This document shows positions 18,771 through 27,810 of a stretch of DNA of 28,766 bases, one piece after another. The stretch is from Bdellovibrionota bacterium (GTDB taxonomy: Bacteria > Bdellovibrionota_C > UBA2361): NCBI GenBank assembly GCA_044352465.1, contig JBILDU010000034.1:1-28766 (forward strand), given 5' to 3'. A model generated the notes under the pieces. The model saw only the letters and a list, made by a program, of their open reading frames with translations, did not search any database and was not told where the DNA came from. The position numbers and the translations under genes were made by a program. The first letter of the stretch is position 1. Each line of letters opens with the position of its first letter.

Positions 18771-19691
18771 ATGGAGCGACGTTCACCACGGGGGAGGAGA
18801 GGCGGTGCGCCGGAGCGGGGTCGGCCGAATGGGGCGCAAGCCCGCCAGGCGGTGCGATCTCCTCGCCGCCCGGGGATCCCCGCAGCAGGGTTACACTACA
18901 ACCGATCGTTTTTAACCCGCACTGACCGGGATGAGATACTGGCGTGGCTCGGGACGATCCAGCCGATCTGGGAAAAAAAGTTTTCGAAGCATAATCCTCC
19001 CCCACCCGGCGATACACAGCGCTCTCTGCTTCGCCCGATATACTGGCTCGGCAACTGGCAGTTCGCATGCCTGCGCTACTATATGCCGCCGAAGGGGACG
19101 CTGAATCGGTGCGTTCGCGCCGAGTCGTTTCCGCCCGTGTTGCGGCGTTTAGTCGACAAGATCGAAAAGACCGTGCGGCAGATGTTTCGGGGGGACGATC
19201 TCCCGAAGGGATGGCATTTCAATACGTGCTTGGTCAATCTCTACGGTAATAAGATTGAGAATGGAAAGGAGATAGATTGTGCTCGGGTGGGGGAGCATAA
19301 AGACCTTGAGCCAGGTCCGGTCGCGTCGATCTCGTTGGGGGAACGGGCGCTCTTTCAGTTCGTGGAGAGTCACAGTCACGGCGACAGGAGTACGGTCGTT
19401 GTTGAACAGTGGCTCGACGACGGCTCGCTCCAAATATTCGGCGGGGAGCGATGGAAGAGCGAGCTTTTTCATCGGGTGCAGCGGGTCGATGGGCGGGGGG
19501 GGTATACCTTTCCGGTGAGTGTCGAGGGATTTGAGACCCGGCGGCTCAATTTTACCTTCCGCTTTGTTCCCGACGAGCACATCGTGCCGTACGCACGGCT
19601 CTCACCTGAGGCGCGCGAGGATGTACGCGAGTATATGGAGAAGCTCGCTGAGCGCTCCGTGTATTTTTCCCGGGAGTTAGGGGAGGAGTGA
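18771..19691 (+). CDS. AlkB-family 2-oxoglutarate/Fe(II) dioxygenase
   Basis: NTCLVNLY, Fe-binding HKD...H (VGEHKD, ELFHRV), VASISLG, RRLNFTFRF; ATG 18771 one base after the upstream stop. Confidence 0.88.
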   Translation: MERRSPRGRRGGAPERGRPNGAQARQAVRSPRRPGIPAAGLHYNRSFLTRTDRDEILAWLGTIQPIWEKKFSKHNPPPPGDTQRSLLRPIYWLGNWQFACLRYYMPPKGTLNRCVRAESFPPVLRRLVDKIEKTVRQMFRGDDLPKGWHFNTCLVNLYGNKIENGKEIDCARVGEHKDLEPGPVASISLGERALFQFVESHSHGDRSTVVVEQWLDDGSLQIFGGERWKSELFHRVQRVDGRGGYTFPVSVEGFETRRLNFTFRFVPDEHIVPYARLSPEAREDVREYMEKLAERSVYFSRELGEE

Positions 19692-19697
19692 GCAACT

Positions 19698-20258
19698 CTA
19701 CGGAGCGCTCACTCGAGCCTCGTACTCAGCGAGTTCTCGCAAGGTCAGCAGCTGCTTCCGCATCATGATAAGGTCCCCTCGGGGCAGGAATATACGCATG
19801 AGCCATCCAATCGGGCCGCGCGGATATCGGAGCACGAGTTTCACGACGAGTCGGGACTCGTATGGAGACGGGCCGGAATCAATACGATAGGTGATGGCGC
19901 ATCTCCCAGCCAGGAGGCGAATAAGCTGATGAGTGCTGAGCTCGACCGTAATCGCGCGTTCCCGTTCGAAGGTTATGAGGTTGAAGATATACATGAAGCG
20001 CTCATTGCCTTCGAGTTCGGTGAGGTTTTCGGTCCTTGTGCGGGGACTGCGTCGTCCGAGGTTATCGATCCAGTCGTAGCTGTAAGGCGCAACGCGGAGT
20101 TGGCAGAGCCAGCTATAGACCAGGTGAGGCGGGGCTTTGATCGAGATGGCGCGCACAAAGATATCGTCGGCGGGTGCCAGGACAGTATCGCAACCGAAAC
20201 TCCCGCGGAGGTCTGCGGGAGTCGTGTTCCAGAGGCGGGGATCGTTCCATGACCACAT
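19698..20258 (-). CDS. SRPBCC/polyketide cyclase-like protein
   Basis: RAISIKAPPHLVYSWLCQLRVAPYSYDWIDNLGRRSP and C-terminal helix GDLIMMRKQLLTLRELAE. Confidence 0.75.
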   Translation of the reverse strand: MWSWNDPRLWNTTPADLRGSFGCDTVLAPADDIFVRAISIKAPPHLVYSWLCQLRVAPYSYDWIDNLGRRSPRTRTENLTELEGNERFMYIFNLITFERERAITVELSTHQLIRLLAGRCAITYRIDSGPSPYESRLVVKLVLRYPRGPIGWLMRIFLPRGDLIMMRKQLLTLRELAEYEARVSAP

Positions 20259-20434
20259 CGGAATAGATCTCTCTCTTGACTATAAAAAAGGGAGCTTAAA
20301 AATGGAGCCGAAATGGGGGGAGATTGTCCCCACAGCCTTTCCCTAAAGTATTAGAAAAACCAAAGAATTCCCACAGGCTTTTATCACCCTCGACCTTCTT
20401 TTCGTATCGTGGGAAAACCTATCTACGAGCTTTT

Positions 20435-21364
20435 ATGGCTGAACCCAACAGCTCCACAGGAGCTTTCTTTCAAAGACTTATCGATTACGCCGGGCTTTTC
20501 CCCCCGGCAGCGCTCGGGGTGTCGGCGGCAGTGGATAATTATCGAGCGTACCTTCACTCTCCACATCGTTGGATGTTGGGTCGTTTTGTCGCGGCTACCT
20601 CCCATGTGACGGGGCTTGCACAGGAGCAGCTAGCGCTCTTTTCTCCGGAATCGCCGCTCGATATATCGCTCGTCTCTAAAGATCCTATCACCGACATCCC
20701 GAAGGTGATCGATAAGGTTCGAGGAGCGAGTGGGCAAGTCTCAATCGGTAGCCTCGAAGTGGCGCTCCCTGTTGGCGATGATTTCGAGGCGGCTCTGAGA
20801 CGGATAGAGCCCGTCGTCGCGTTGCTCGATCGACCGGAGAGGAAGATCCCACTTTTTTATGAGCTTGGCCCGGGAGAGAAGTGGGATCAAAGTCTCCCCC
20901 ATCTCCTCGATTCTCTTGCAGAGGGGCGAGGATATGGGCGGATGCTCGGGTTGAAGCTGCGGTGTGGGGGGCTTGAGCCCCAGCTTGTGCCCGCTCCTGA
21001 ACGGGTCGCCGAGGCGCTCGCCGGTGCGGCTGCTAGGGGGATACCCGTTAAGTTCACCGCTGGGCTTCACCATCCGTTTCGTCATGTCCAACCGAGTCCG
21101 TTCCCCCCGATGCACGGGTACTTTAATGTATTTTACGCGGCGCTCGTCGCCTATCTCAGGTGCCCTGCTAAGGAAGTCCTTGTCTCGATCGTGGCTGAGA
21201 TGGAGCGGTGCGAGCCTGTGGTCGATAGAAAAGGGATCGCGTGGCTTGGTAACGAGATTTTTGCTGATGAGATCGCTCGTGCTCGGGAGCAGTTTGCGCT
21301 CTCTTTCGGGAGCTGTAGCTTTGTTGAGCCGATCGACGATGCGCAAGAACTGGGTTGGCTATAG
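20435..21364 (+). CDS. Conserved hypothetical protein (enzyme-like, probable alpha/beta barrel) directly upstream of fahA
   Basis: LIDYAGLFPPA, KLRCGG, KFTAGLHHP, MHGYFNV, SFGSCSFVEP; ATG 20435; 12 nt before fahA. Confidence 0.85.
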   Translation: MAEPNSSTGAFFQRLIDYAGLFPPAALGVSAAVDNYRAYLHSPHRWMLGRFVAATSHVTGLAQEQLALFSPESPLDISLVSKDPITDIPKVIDKVRGASGQVSIGSLEVALPVGDDFEAALRRIEPVVALLDRPERKIPLFYELGPGEKWDQSLPHLLDSLAEGRGYGRMLGLKLRCGGLEPQLVPAPERVAEALAGAAARGIPVKFTAGLHHPFRHVQPSPFPPMHGYFNVFYAALVAYLRCPAKEVLVSIVAEMERCEPVVDRKGIAWLGNEIFADEIARAREQFALSFGSCSFVEPIDDAQELGWL

Positions 21365-21376
21365 GATCCGATAGGT

Positions 21377-22642
21377 ATGAAGATTTCTTTTCTCGATGTT
21401 CCGGCTGACTCTCCGTTTCCGATCCAAAATCTCCCCTACGGGGTTTTTTCGGTCGCAGGAGGTACACCTCGTATCGGTGTAGCGATTGGGGAGTGGATCC
21501 TCGATGTAACAACCCTTCAGGCGCGCGGTATTCTCGACGGGGATTATTTCGATGCACCGACCCTCAATCGTTTCATGAAAGCTGGGCGCGCGGAGTGGCG
21601 AAAAGCACGTGAAGCGGTGACCGAGATACTTTCGAAAGATACTCCGCGCCTTCGTGACGATGTGGTGCTTCGAGCTGAGGTGCTGATCCGGCAGCGAGAT
21701 GTCAGGATGCATCTTCCGGTTTCAGTTGGTGACTACACCGATTTTTATTCATCTCGAGAGCACGCCACGAATGTAGGGGCGATGTTTCGTGACCCGGCCA
21801 ACGCGCTCCTGCCCAACTGGCTCCATGTGCCGGTTGGCTACCACGGGCGGGCGAGCTCGGTCGTTATCTCGGGGACGCCGATTCGCCGTCCGTGTGGACA
21901 GACCAAAGCCGATGACAGAGAGCTCCCAAGCTTCGGCCCCTCACGACTGATGGATTTTGAACTTGAGCTCGGTTGTATCGTCGGGAAGGATAGCGAGCTT
22001 GGGGAGCCAATTCCGGTGGGCAAAGCCCATGAGTATATCTTCGGTATGGTGATCGTGAACGATTGGAGCGCCCGCGATATCCAGAAGTGGGAGTATGTCC
22101 CGCTGGGCCCTTTTCTGGGGAAAAACTTCGGTACCTCGATCTCCCCATGGGTTGTGCCGATGGAGGCGCTTGAACCGTTTCGGGTAGCGGGGCCGGAACA
22201 GTCGCCTGAGCCGCTGCCCTATCTGCAGGGCGCGACGGATCGGAGCTACGATATCGAGCTTGAGGTAGGTCTTAAGACCCCGACGATGAGTGCATACACG
22301 TCGATAGTGCAGGGGAATTTTCGGACGATGTATTGGAGTATCTCCCAGCAAATTGCCCACCACACGAGTAATGGTTGTAATCTCCGCGTAGGAGATTTGC
22401 TTGCATCCGGGACGATTAGTGGTCCGACACCGGAATCGTTCGGCTCGTTGCTTGAGCGGACGTGGAAGGGGACGAAGCCTCTTGTGCTTCCGAACGGGGA
22501 GACGCGGACGTTTCTCCGGGATGGAGACTCGGTCACGATGAGCGCAACGGCGCGGGGTGCAGGATATGCGATAGGCTTCGGTGAGGTTGAGGGGACGATC
22601 GTTCCAGCGATAATCGATCCCGCGCTCGTTGTGGAACGTTGA
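21377..22642 (+). CDS. fahA: Fumarylacetoacetase
   Basis: [81 protein letters not shown]. Confidence 0.97.
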   Translation: MKISFLDVPADSPFPIQNLPYGVFSVAGGTPRIGVAIGEWILDVTTLQARGILDGDYFDAPTLNRFMKAGRAEWRKAREAVTEILSKDTPRLRDDVVLRAEVLIRQRDVRMHLPVSVGDYTDFYSSREHATNVGAMFRDPANALLPNWLHVPVGYHGRASSVVISGTPIRRPCGQTKADDRELPSFGPSRLMDFELELGCIVGKDSELGEPIPVGKAHEYIFGMVIVNDWSARDIQKWEYVPLGPFLGKNFGTSISPWVVPMEALEPFRVAGPEQSPEPLPYLQGATDRSYDIELEVGLKTPTMSAYTSIVQGNFRTMYWSISQQIAHHTSNGCNLRVGDLLASGTISGPTPESFGSLLERTWKGTKPLVLPNGETRTFLRDGDSVTMSATARGAGYAIGFGEVEGTIVPAIIDPALVVER

Positions 22643-22655
22643 GCAGGAGAGGTGT

Positions 22656-23729
22656 ATGGAAAATCCGCTTGGTATTAAGCGATTCGGGCCGGTGACGCTC
22701 TACGTTGAGAATGCATCCGGGGAAGCGGAGCGGCTGGCGAAGATGCTAGGGATGGATATTACATATGTTCCAGATGGTGCAGAGCCGATCTTTGGGATTG
22801 AGGCGAACGATACCCTCTTTATTCTCGATGGGAGCCGAAAGGCGACGGAGCTTGCAAGGAGATACGGCAACCATGTTGCAGAGATAGCACTTCGTGTTGA
22901 TGACAGCGCGGTAACGCTTGCGGGGGCGCAGCGGCGGACCACCGAGAAGAGTTGGCGGTGCGAGAAAACCGGGGTCGGCTACCTCCGCTTCCCTCACGAT
23001 GGTGACCTTTATCTTCGCTTCATGGAAGATGGTCAGGTTCCCTATCTCGGAATGAAGCCGAATCCGAATCTGAAAAAGTCCGACTCATTCGCTTTCCAGC
23101 GGATCGATCACATCGTCGTGAATACGCAGAAGATCCAGCCGGTGATCACGTTTCTTGCTGATGTTTTCGGGATGAAGAAAGTGAATGAGTTCACTATACG
23201 GGTCGAAAACGAAGATTTTATGGCTTCGCTCTATAGTGAGGTTATGGGGATTTACGGAAGCGAGCACCCGGTGCTCTTCCCGGTCAATGAGCCGCTGACA
23301 GGGGATGATGTTTCCCAGATTCCGGCGCAACTGCGGGAGGTGGGCCGAAGCCACGCGCAACATATTGCCCTTGCTACCGACAATATCATTGAGTCGATCC
23401 GGAATCTGCGTGGGAGGGGATTGGGGTTCCTCGAGTTCCGGACCGATGCTCACGCGAGTGAGTACTATAAAGAGGTTCCGAATCGGCTCGGAAAGATTAC
23501 TGTTGAGGAGGCGATGTCGACCCTACGAGCGCTCGGAATATTAGTCGATAAATGTGGTCAGGGTTATCTGCTTCAGCTATTCTCGAAGAGAATGTTTCCC
23601 GAGAAGAGCGTGCCGTTTATTGAGATTATCCAGCGCGAAAGCGATGTAATCGGATGTTTTGGAGATGGTAATTTTGCTGCACTCGCTGAGGCGCTCGAGC
23701 ACTCGATGCGCTCGGAGAGTCGAACGTAG
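22656..23729 (+). CDS. hppD: 4-hydroxyphenylpyruvate dioxygenase (divergent-looking)
   Basis: Fe triad motifs IDHIV, QHIAL, FIEIIQR; FPVNEP, SQI, YLLQLFS, FGDGNFAAL; ATG 22656 after GGAGAGG; adjacent to fahA. Confidence 0.87.
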   Translation: MENPLGIKRFGPVTLYVENASGEAERLAKMLGMDITYVPDGAEPIFGIEANDTLFILDGSRKATELARRYGNHVAEIALRVDDSAVTLAGAQRRTTEKSWRCEKTGVGYLRFPHDGDLYLRFMEDGQVPYLGMKPNPNLKKSDSFAFQRIDHIVVNTQKIQPVITFLADVFGMKKVNEFTIRVENEDFMASLYSEVMGIYGSEHPVLFPVNEPLTGDDVSQIPAQLREVGRSHAQHIALATDNIIESIRNLRGRGLGFLEFRTDAHASEYYKEVPNRLGKITVEEAMSTLRALGILVDKCGQGYLLQLFSKRMFPEKSVPFIEIIQRESDVIGCFGDGNFAALAEALEHSMRSESRT

Positions 23730-23809
23730 CGGGGGCGAGAGGGGGCTCTCTTTGAGATAAGCGGTAGCGAGGGGTCATAACGTCCGGATTTAAAGCATAA
23801 GGAGCGCAC

Positions 23810-24832
23810 ATGAAAATGATGAGAACCGCTAAGTCGTTACTTTGTGGGCTTGGAGTCGTGGTGGGATTGTGCGGATGTAATTCCTCCGTGGTGAAAGATG
23901 CGGTCGACCTTATCGAAGGAGTTCCCCGTAAAGATATCGATACCTCCATTCTCGGAGTGAATGCATTCGCCAATGACTCACGTTTCGGTTCCCCAGCGGC
24001 GCAGTTCCTCGAAGTCCGAGATACGCTGCGACTTCGCTATGTGCGGATGCTCTTCAATTGGGATGACGGCGTTCAACCAGGTCCGGGAAGTCCACTCAAC
24101 TTGTCTTTCTACGACGATCTGATTGCAGCGTTGCCGAGCGGGGTAGATGCGCTGATCGTGCTGACCGGTGCCCCGAGTTGGATGGATGATCCGTCCAACT
24201 GGCGTGGGGGAAACCCGCGCGCGACGTTTGTCGATGAGTTTCTTAAGCCGGTTGTGGCTCGGTATGGGAGAAATGGCCGTATCCGTGGATTTCAGGTGTG
24301 GAATGAGCCGAATATGACCGCCAATCCGGATAACATTACGCTTGGGGTCGCCGTTGATGCAGCGGCTTATGTGGAGCTCTTGGCCCGGGCGCATGATGTT
24401 ATTCGAGAAGTGGCCCCTGGCAAGCTGATCGTCAGTGCTGCTACCACTGCTATTAATCAGAATTACTCGGAAACGCTCGACTATAACCGTGCGATGCGGG
24501 ATGCCGGGGCGCAGGAGTTCGTCGATGTCTGGGCGATCCATTACTACGGCCGACAGTTTGAAAATGTGCTTCGCTCCGGTGGAGTTCAGGACTTCCTCAA
24601 TGGATTGTCGCGGCCGATTTGGGTCACCGAATCGGGGGCTCAAGGAGTCAACCAGCAGCTTGCGTACGGGGAGCAGGTGTGGCCGTTCCTTGTTGATCAA
24701 ATCAATAACCTCGAGCGGATCTACATCTATCAGTTTACCGAAGCTACCCCCAGCGACGTCACCTACGGCTTGCGCAACACCTCGGCGGACCTGCCCGTCT
24801 CCGACCTCTACATCTCTCTGCGCGACCGCTGA
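23810..24832 (+). CDS. Putative lipoprotein glycoside hydrolase, clan GH-A (GH5/GH39-like)
   Basis: Signal peptide with lipobox-like LCGC; acid/base WNEPN and nucleophile IWVTESG motifs; AAGGAG RBS. Confidence 0.85.
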   Translation: MKMMRTAKSLLCGLGVVVGLCGCNSSVVKDAVDLIEGVPRKDIDTSILGVNAFANDSRFGSPAAQFLEVRDTLRLRYVRMLFNWDDGVQPGPGSPLNLSFYDDLIAALPSGVDALIVLTGAPSWMDDPSNWRGGNPRATFVDEFLKPVVARYGRNGRIRGFQVWNEPNMTANPDNITLGVAVDAAAYVELLARAHDVIREVAPGKLIVSAATTAINQNYSETLDYNRAMRDAGAQEFVDVWAIHYYGRQFENVLRSGGVQDFLNGLSRPIWVTESGAQGVNQQLAYGEQVWPFLVDQINNLERIYIYQFTEATPSDVTYGLRNTSADLPVSDLYISLRDR

Positions 24833-24833
24833 T

Positions 24834-24918
24834 CACGGACCACGGGACCACGACCTCGTACGTCCCAGCTAGTTAACCTATCGAAACTGCAACTAACTGG
24901 TCCGAACTGACTGGTCCG
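24834..24918. repeat. Short tandem repeats after the GH gene
   Basis: CACGGAC-CACGGGAC-CACGAC (24834-24854) and a 14-bp tandem pair AACTAACTGGTCCG/AACTGACTGGTCCG (24891-24918, 13/14 identical). Confidence 0.7.
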
Positions 24919-25064
24919 TTCCACCAGGACAAACGTCGGAGACATTTGGGAAAATATGTCGCTGTAGCGGTATGAGGCAGATAGTACCCCTTTCAATAAG
25001 TTCTTCTACTGAGCTCGCCGTAATTACGACCGAAGTCAGGCACCTGTGCTTCTCTTTGGTATCG

Positions 25065-25085
25065 GCGCGGCCATCCTGGCCGCGC
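25065..25085. repeat. REP-like perfect palindrome upstream of the HUH transposase
   Basis: GCGCGGCCA-TCC-TGGCCGCGC (9-bp stem, 3-nt loop), 107 nt before the transposase ATG; only one copy seen in the window. Confidence 0.6.
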
Positions 25086-25192
25086 TTGTATCCGACCCGC
25101 AGACCCTCTGGTGGGTGAAAAAAACGTATCGGACGAGTTAATAAGATTCTCTTGCCAGCAACACCCAGTCAGATTTTCCGATTACGGCTGGT

Positions 25193-26188
25193 ATGGGAAG
25201 ACCACGTAAGCAAATACTTTCAAATGAAACATATGAGATCTGCATGCGAACCCGGCGGGGACTGCCCTTCGTCTGCACGTTCTACATGCAACTTATTCTC
25301 GAGGGTGTGTTAGCTCGGGTTCAGCGCAATATGAAAGTGGTGATTAACCATTTTCTGTGGATGGCGAACCATGCTCATATCATCGTTGAAGCTAAGGATG
25401 CTGAGGAGTGCACCCGATTCTACGGGGAGGTACAGAAGCAACTTACCGAGGCCCTGAAACGGCTGTTAGGGCGCAAGCATCTGTCGCTTTGGCGCAGTAA
25501 TGAGACATCGGTTCTTCATCTGGGTGATAAAGCGGCCGTGATGAAGCAAATAGCATATCTGTATGCAAACCCAGCACGAGCGAACCTTGTCGAGACTATT
25601 GATGACTATCCCGGGGTCTCCTCGTGGCGGGATTTCGCTGCTGCGACAGCTGATATCAGAGCCACCGTCTCAAAAAGCTGTCCTTGGATCCAAGCTCCGA
25701 TGATTCCGACCCTGCCGACCCGTTCGGTGAATTCTCGCCAAGATATGCGACTGACGGCCATGATGCGCGAAAGGAAGCGTCAGTCACACGACTTAGTGTT
25801 GCATCCGAATAGCTGGATGAAGAAGTACGGAATCGTCTCTTCAGAGGATGTTGCGGCAACGAATCGCTCTATCATGGAGATGGTGCGGGAGAACGAGAGG
25901 AGAGCGCGGATTCAGCGCCAAGTCGATGGGAAAAAAGTGATGGGGGCGAATAGGCTTCGGAGGCGGGAGCTGACGCTTGATTACGTTCCACGGAAGTTGA
26001 CGCGGCGGCTTTTCGTCTACGCGGAAGATAAACAGCTTCGAATCCGAATGATCGAGGCTTATCGCGCATTCTGCGAGGCTTGCCGACGATGTTACGAGCA
26101 GTGGAAGCGGGGCATCTTTGCGGTCGATTGGCCGCCTGGAGCGCTCAAGCCTCCTCAGCCGATTAACGCTAATTGGTTCGGGCCATAG
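25193..26188 (+). mobile_element. REP-associated tyrosine transposase (RAYT)-like HUH/Y1 transposase with a long C-terminal extension
   Basis: MGRPRK start, HUH motif MANHAHII, catalytic Tyr motif AYLYANPARANLV, DDYPGVSSW; no tnpB adjacent. Confidence 0.85.
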
Positions 26189-26360
26189 CCAGAGAGCCGG
26201 GCCCCCCCCCGGAAAAAAAGCAACCTAAGCGAAAGCCTCGCCCGTTCGTGCGGAGACGGCGATGTGTACCTTAGATTCGAACATGGACCGATTCCGAGGT
26301 CGCCGTTTGCGCTGCGCCGAATTTTTTTGAGCGAGAATGAGTCATTATCGACGACATCCC

Positions 26361-26526
26361 GCTATTCTCTTTTTAAGATAAGTAGAACTTGACTCTCTGA
26401 ACGTTTAATCATGTCGAGTTGAGACGTACTAGGTACTGGGTACTAGGCTATTCTCTTTTTAAGATAGGTAGAAATTGACTGTCTGAATGTTGAATCATGT
26501 TGAGTTGAGACGTACTAGGTACTGGG
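26361..26526. repeat. Two 80-bp direct repeats (26361-26440 and 26447-26526), each ending in GTACT(A/G)G heptamers
   Basis: Hand alignment gives 74/80 identity and period 86; three heptamers at 26426-26446, two at 26512-26525; copy 2 contains the hmgA stop codon. Confidence 0.93.
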
Positions 26527-27810
26527 GAATTTGCGTTCGAGGCCGCGCCAGCAGTCGAGGTAGTCGTCTTGGAGGGTTTCAAGCTGGGCGGCGTATTTGG
26601 TGAGCAGCTGCGGATAGCGGGTCTCGAACATAAACGCCATGGTGTCGGTGAGCTTTGAAGGCTTCAGTTCCACGGTACTGGCTTTTTCGTAGCCACTCGC
26701 ATCGGGGCCGTGAGGTAGCATCATATTGTGGAGGCTTATCCCACCTGGAACGAAACCGGTCTCTTTCGCGTCGTATCGGCCGCAGATGAGACCCATGAAT
26801 TCGCTCATCACGTTGCGGTGATACCACGGTGGGCGAAACGTATGCTCGGCGACGAGCCACCGCGGTGGAAAGATAACGAAGTCGACGTTTGCGGTGCCGG
26901 CTTCTCCACTTGGCGCGGTTAGTACTGTAAATATCGATGGATCGGGATGATCGAACAAGATAGCGCCGACGGGTGAGTAGGTGTTGAGGTCGTATTTGTA
27001 GGGCGCGTAATTGCCATGCCACGCAACCACGTCGAGAGGGGAGTGCCCGATCTCGGTCGTGTAAAATCGGCCGCACCATTTTACATGAAGACGGCACGGG
27101 GTCTCTTTATCTTCGAATGCTGCGACCGGAGTTTTGAAATCGCGCGGGTTGGCGAGGCAGTTGGCACCGATTGGTCCCCGCTCGGGTAAGGTAAACTTGG
27201 CACCGTAATTTTCACACAGGTACCCACGCGCCACTTGAGATCGAAGCTCAACCTTGAACATCATTCCACGAGGGATGACGCAGATCTCGCCGGGCTTCAG
27301 AGCGATCTTCCCCATCTCGGTGAAAAAGACGCATTCGCCCTCTTGGGGGACCAGGAGCATCTCGCCGTCTGCATTGAAAAAATAATCGTCGGTCATGGAC
27401 TCGTTCATCACGTACACGTGGGCAGCCATCCCGACCTGAGTTACACAGTCTCCCGCAAGGGTCATCGTCCGGATCCCGCCGATGAAATTAGTGCTCTCCG
27501 GGGGATAAGGAGTAGGGTTCCACCGTAATTGTCCAATCGGCAGTTCGTGCTCTTCTGAAGCAGGGGCGGTCTTCCAGTAGGGCAGATCTGCCTTTTTGAA
27601 GCGATTTGTGTGCCGTACACTCGGTCGAATTCGATAGAGCCAGGAGCGCTCATTCGTGCCTCGAGGGGCGGTGAACGGAGAGCCGGAGAGCTGCTCAGCG
27701 TAGAGGCCATAGGCACATTTTTGGGGGGAGTTTTGCCCTTGGGGGAGAGCCCCGGTCAGTGACTCGGTCTCGAAATCGTTGCCGAAGCCAGGCATATATT
27801 TGAGTCCCAT
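26515..27810 (-). CDS. hmgA: Homogentisate 1,2-dioxygenase
   Basis: [89 protein letters not shown]. Confidence 0.98.
   Translation of the reverse strand: MGLKYMPGFGNDFETESLTGALPQGQNSPQKCAYGLYAEQLSGSPFTAPRGTNERSWLYRIRPSVRHTNRFKKADLPYWKTAPASEEHELPIGQLRWNPTPYPPESTNFIGGIRTMTLAGDCVTQVGMAAHVYVMNESMTDDYFFNADGEMLLVPQEGECVFFTEMGKIALKPGEICVIPRGMMFKVELRSQVARGYLCENYGAKFTLPERGPIGANCLANPRDFKTPVAAFEDKETPCRLHVKWCGRFYTTEIGHSPLDVVAWHGNYAPYKYDLNTYSPVGAILFDHPDPSIFTVLTAPSGEAGTANVDFVIFPPRWLVAEHTFRPPWYHRNVMSEFMGLICGRYDAKETGFVPGGISLHNMMLPHGPDASGYEKASTVELKPSKLTDTMAFMFETRYPQLLTKYAAQLETLQDDYLDCWRGLERKFPST

Noticed and set aside
20276..20303. Sigma70 promoter TTGACT...TAAAAA upstream of the fahA unit
   Set aside because: 15-nt spacer and imperfect -10; not supportable from sequence alone
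23737..23753. Terminator after hppD (GAGAG-GGGG-CTCTC-TTT)
   Set aside because: Only a 5-bp stem and three T; too weak to call
25193..26360. IS200/IS605 element with TnpB or IscB and omega RNA
   Set aside because: No RuvC-type nuclease ORF adjacent; length and YLYANP/SSW motifs fit a RAYT-like protein rather than a short IS200 TnpA
26361..26526. Possible CRISPR array
   Set aside because: Only two 80-bp units separated by 6 nt, no unique spacers and no cas genes
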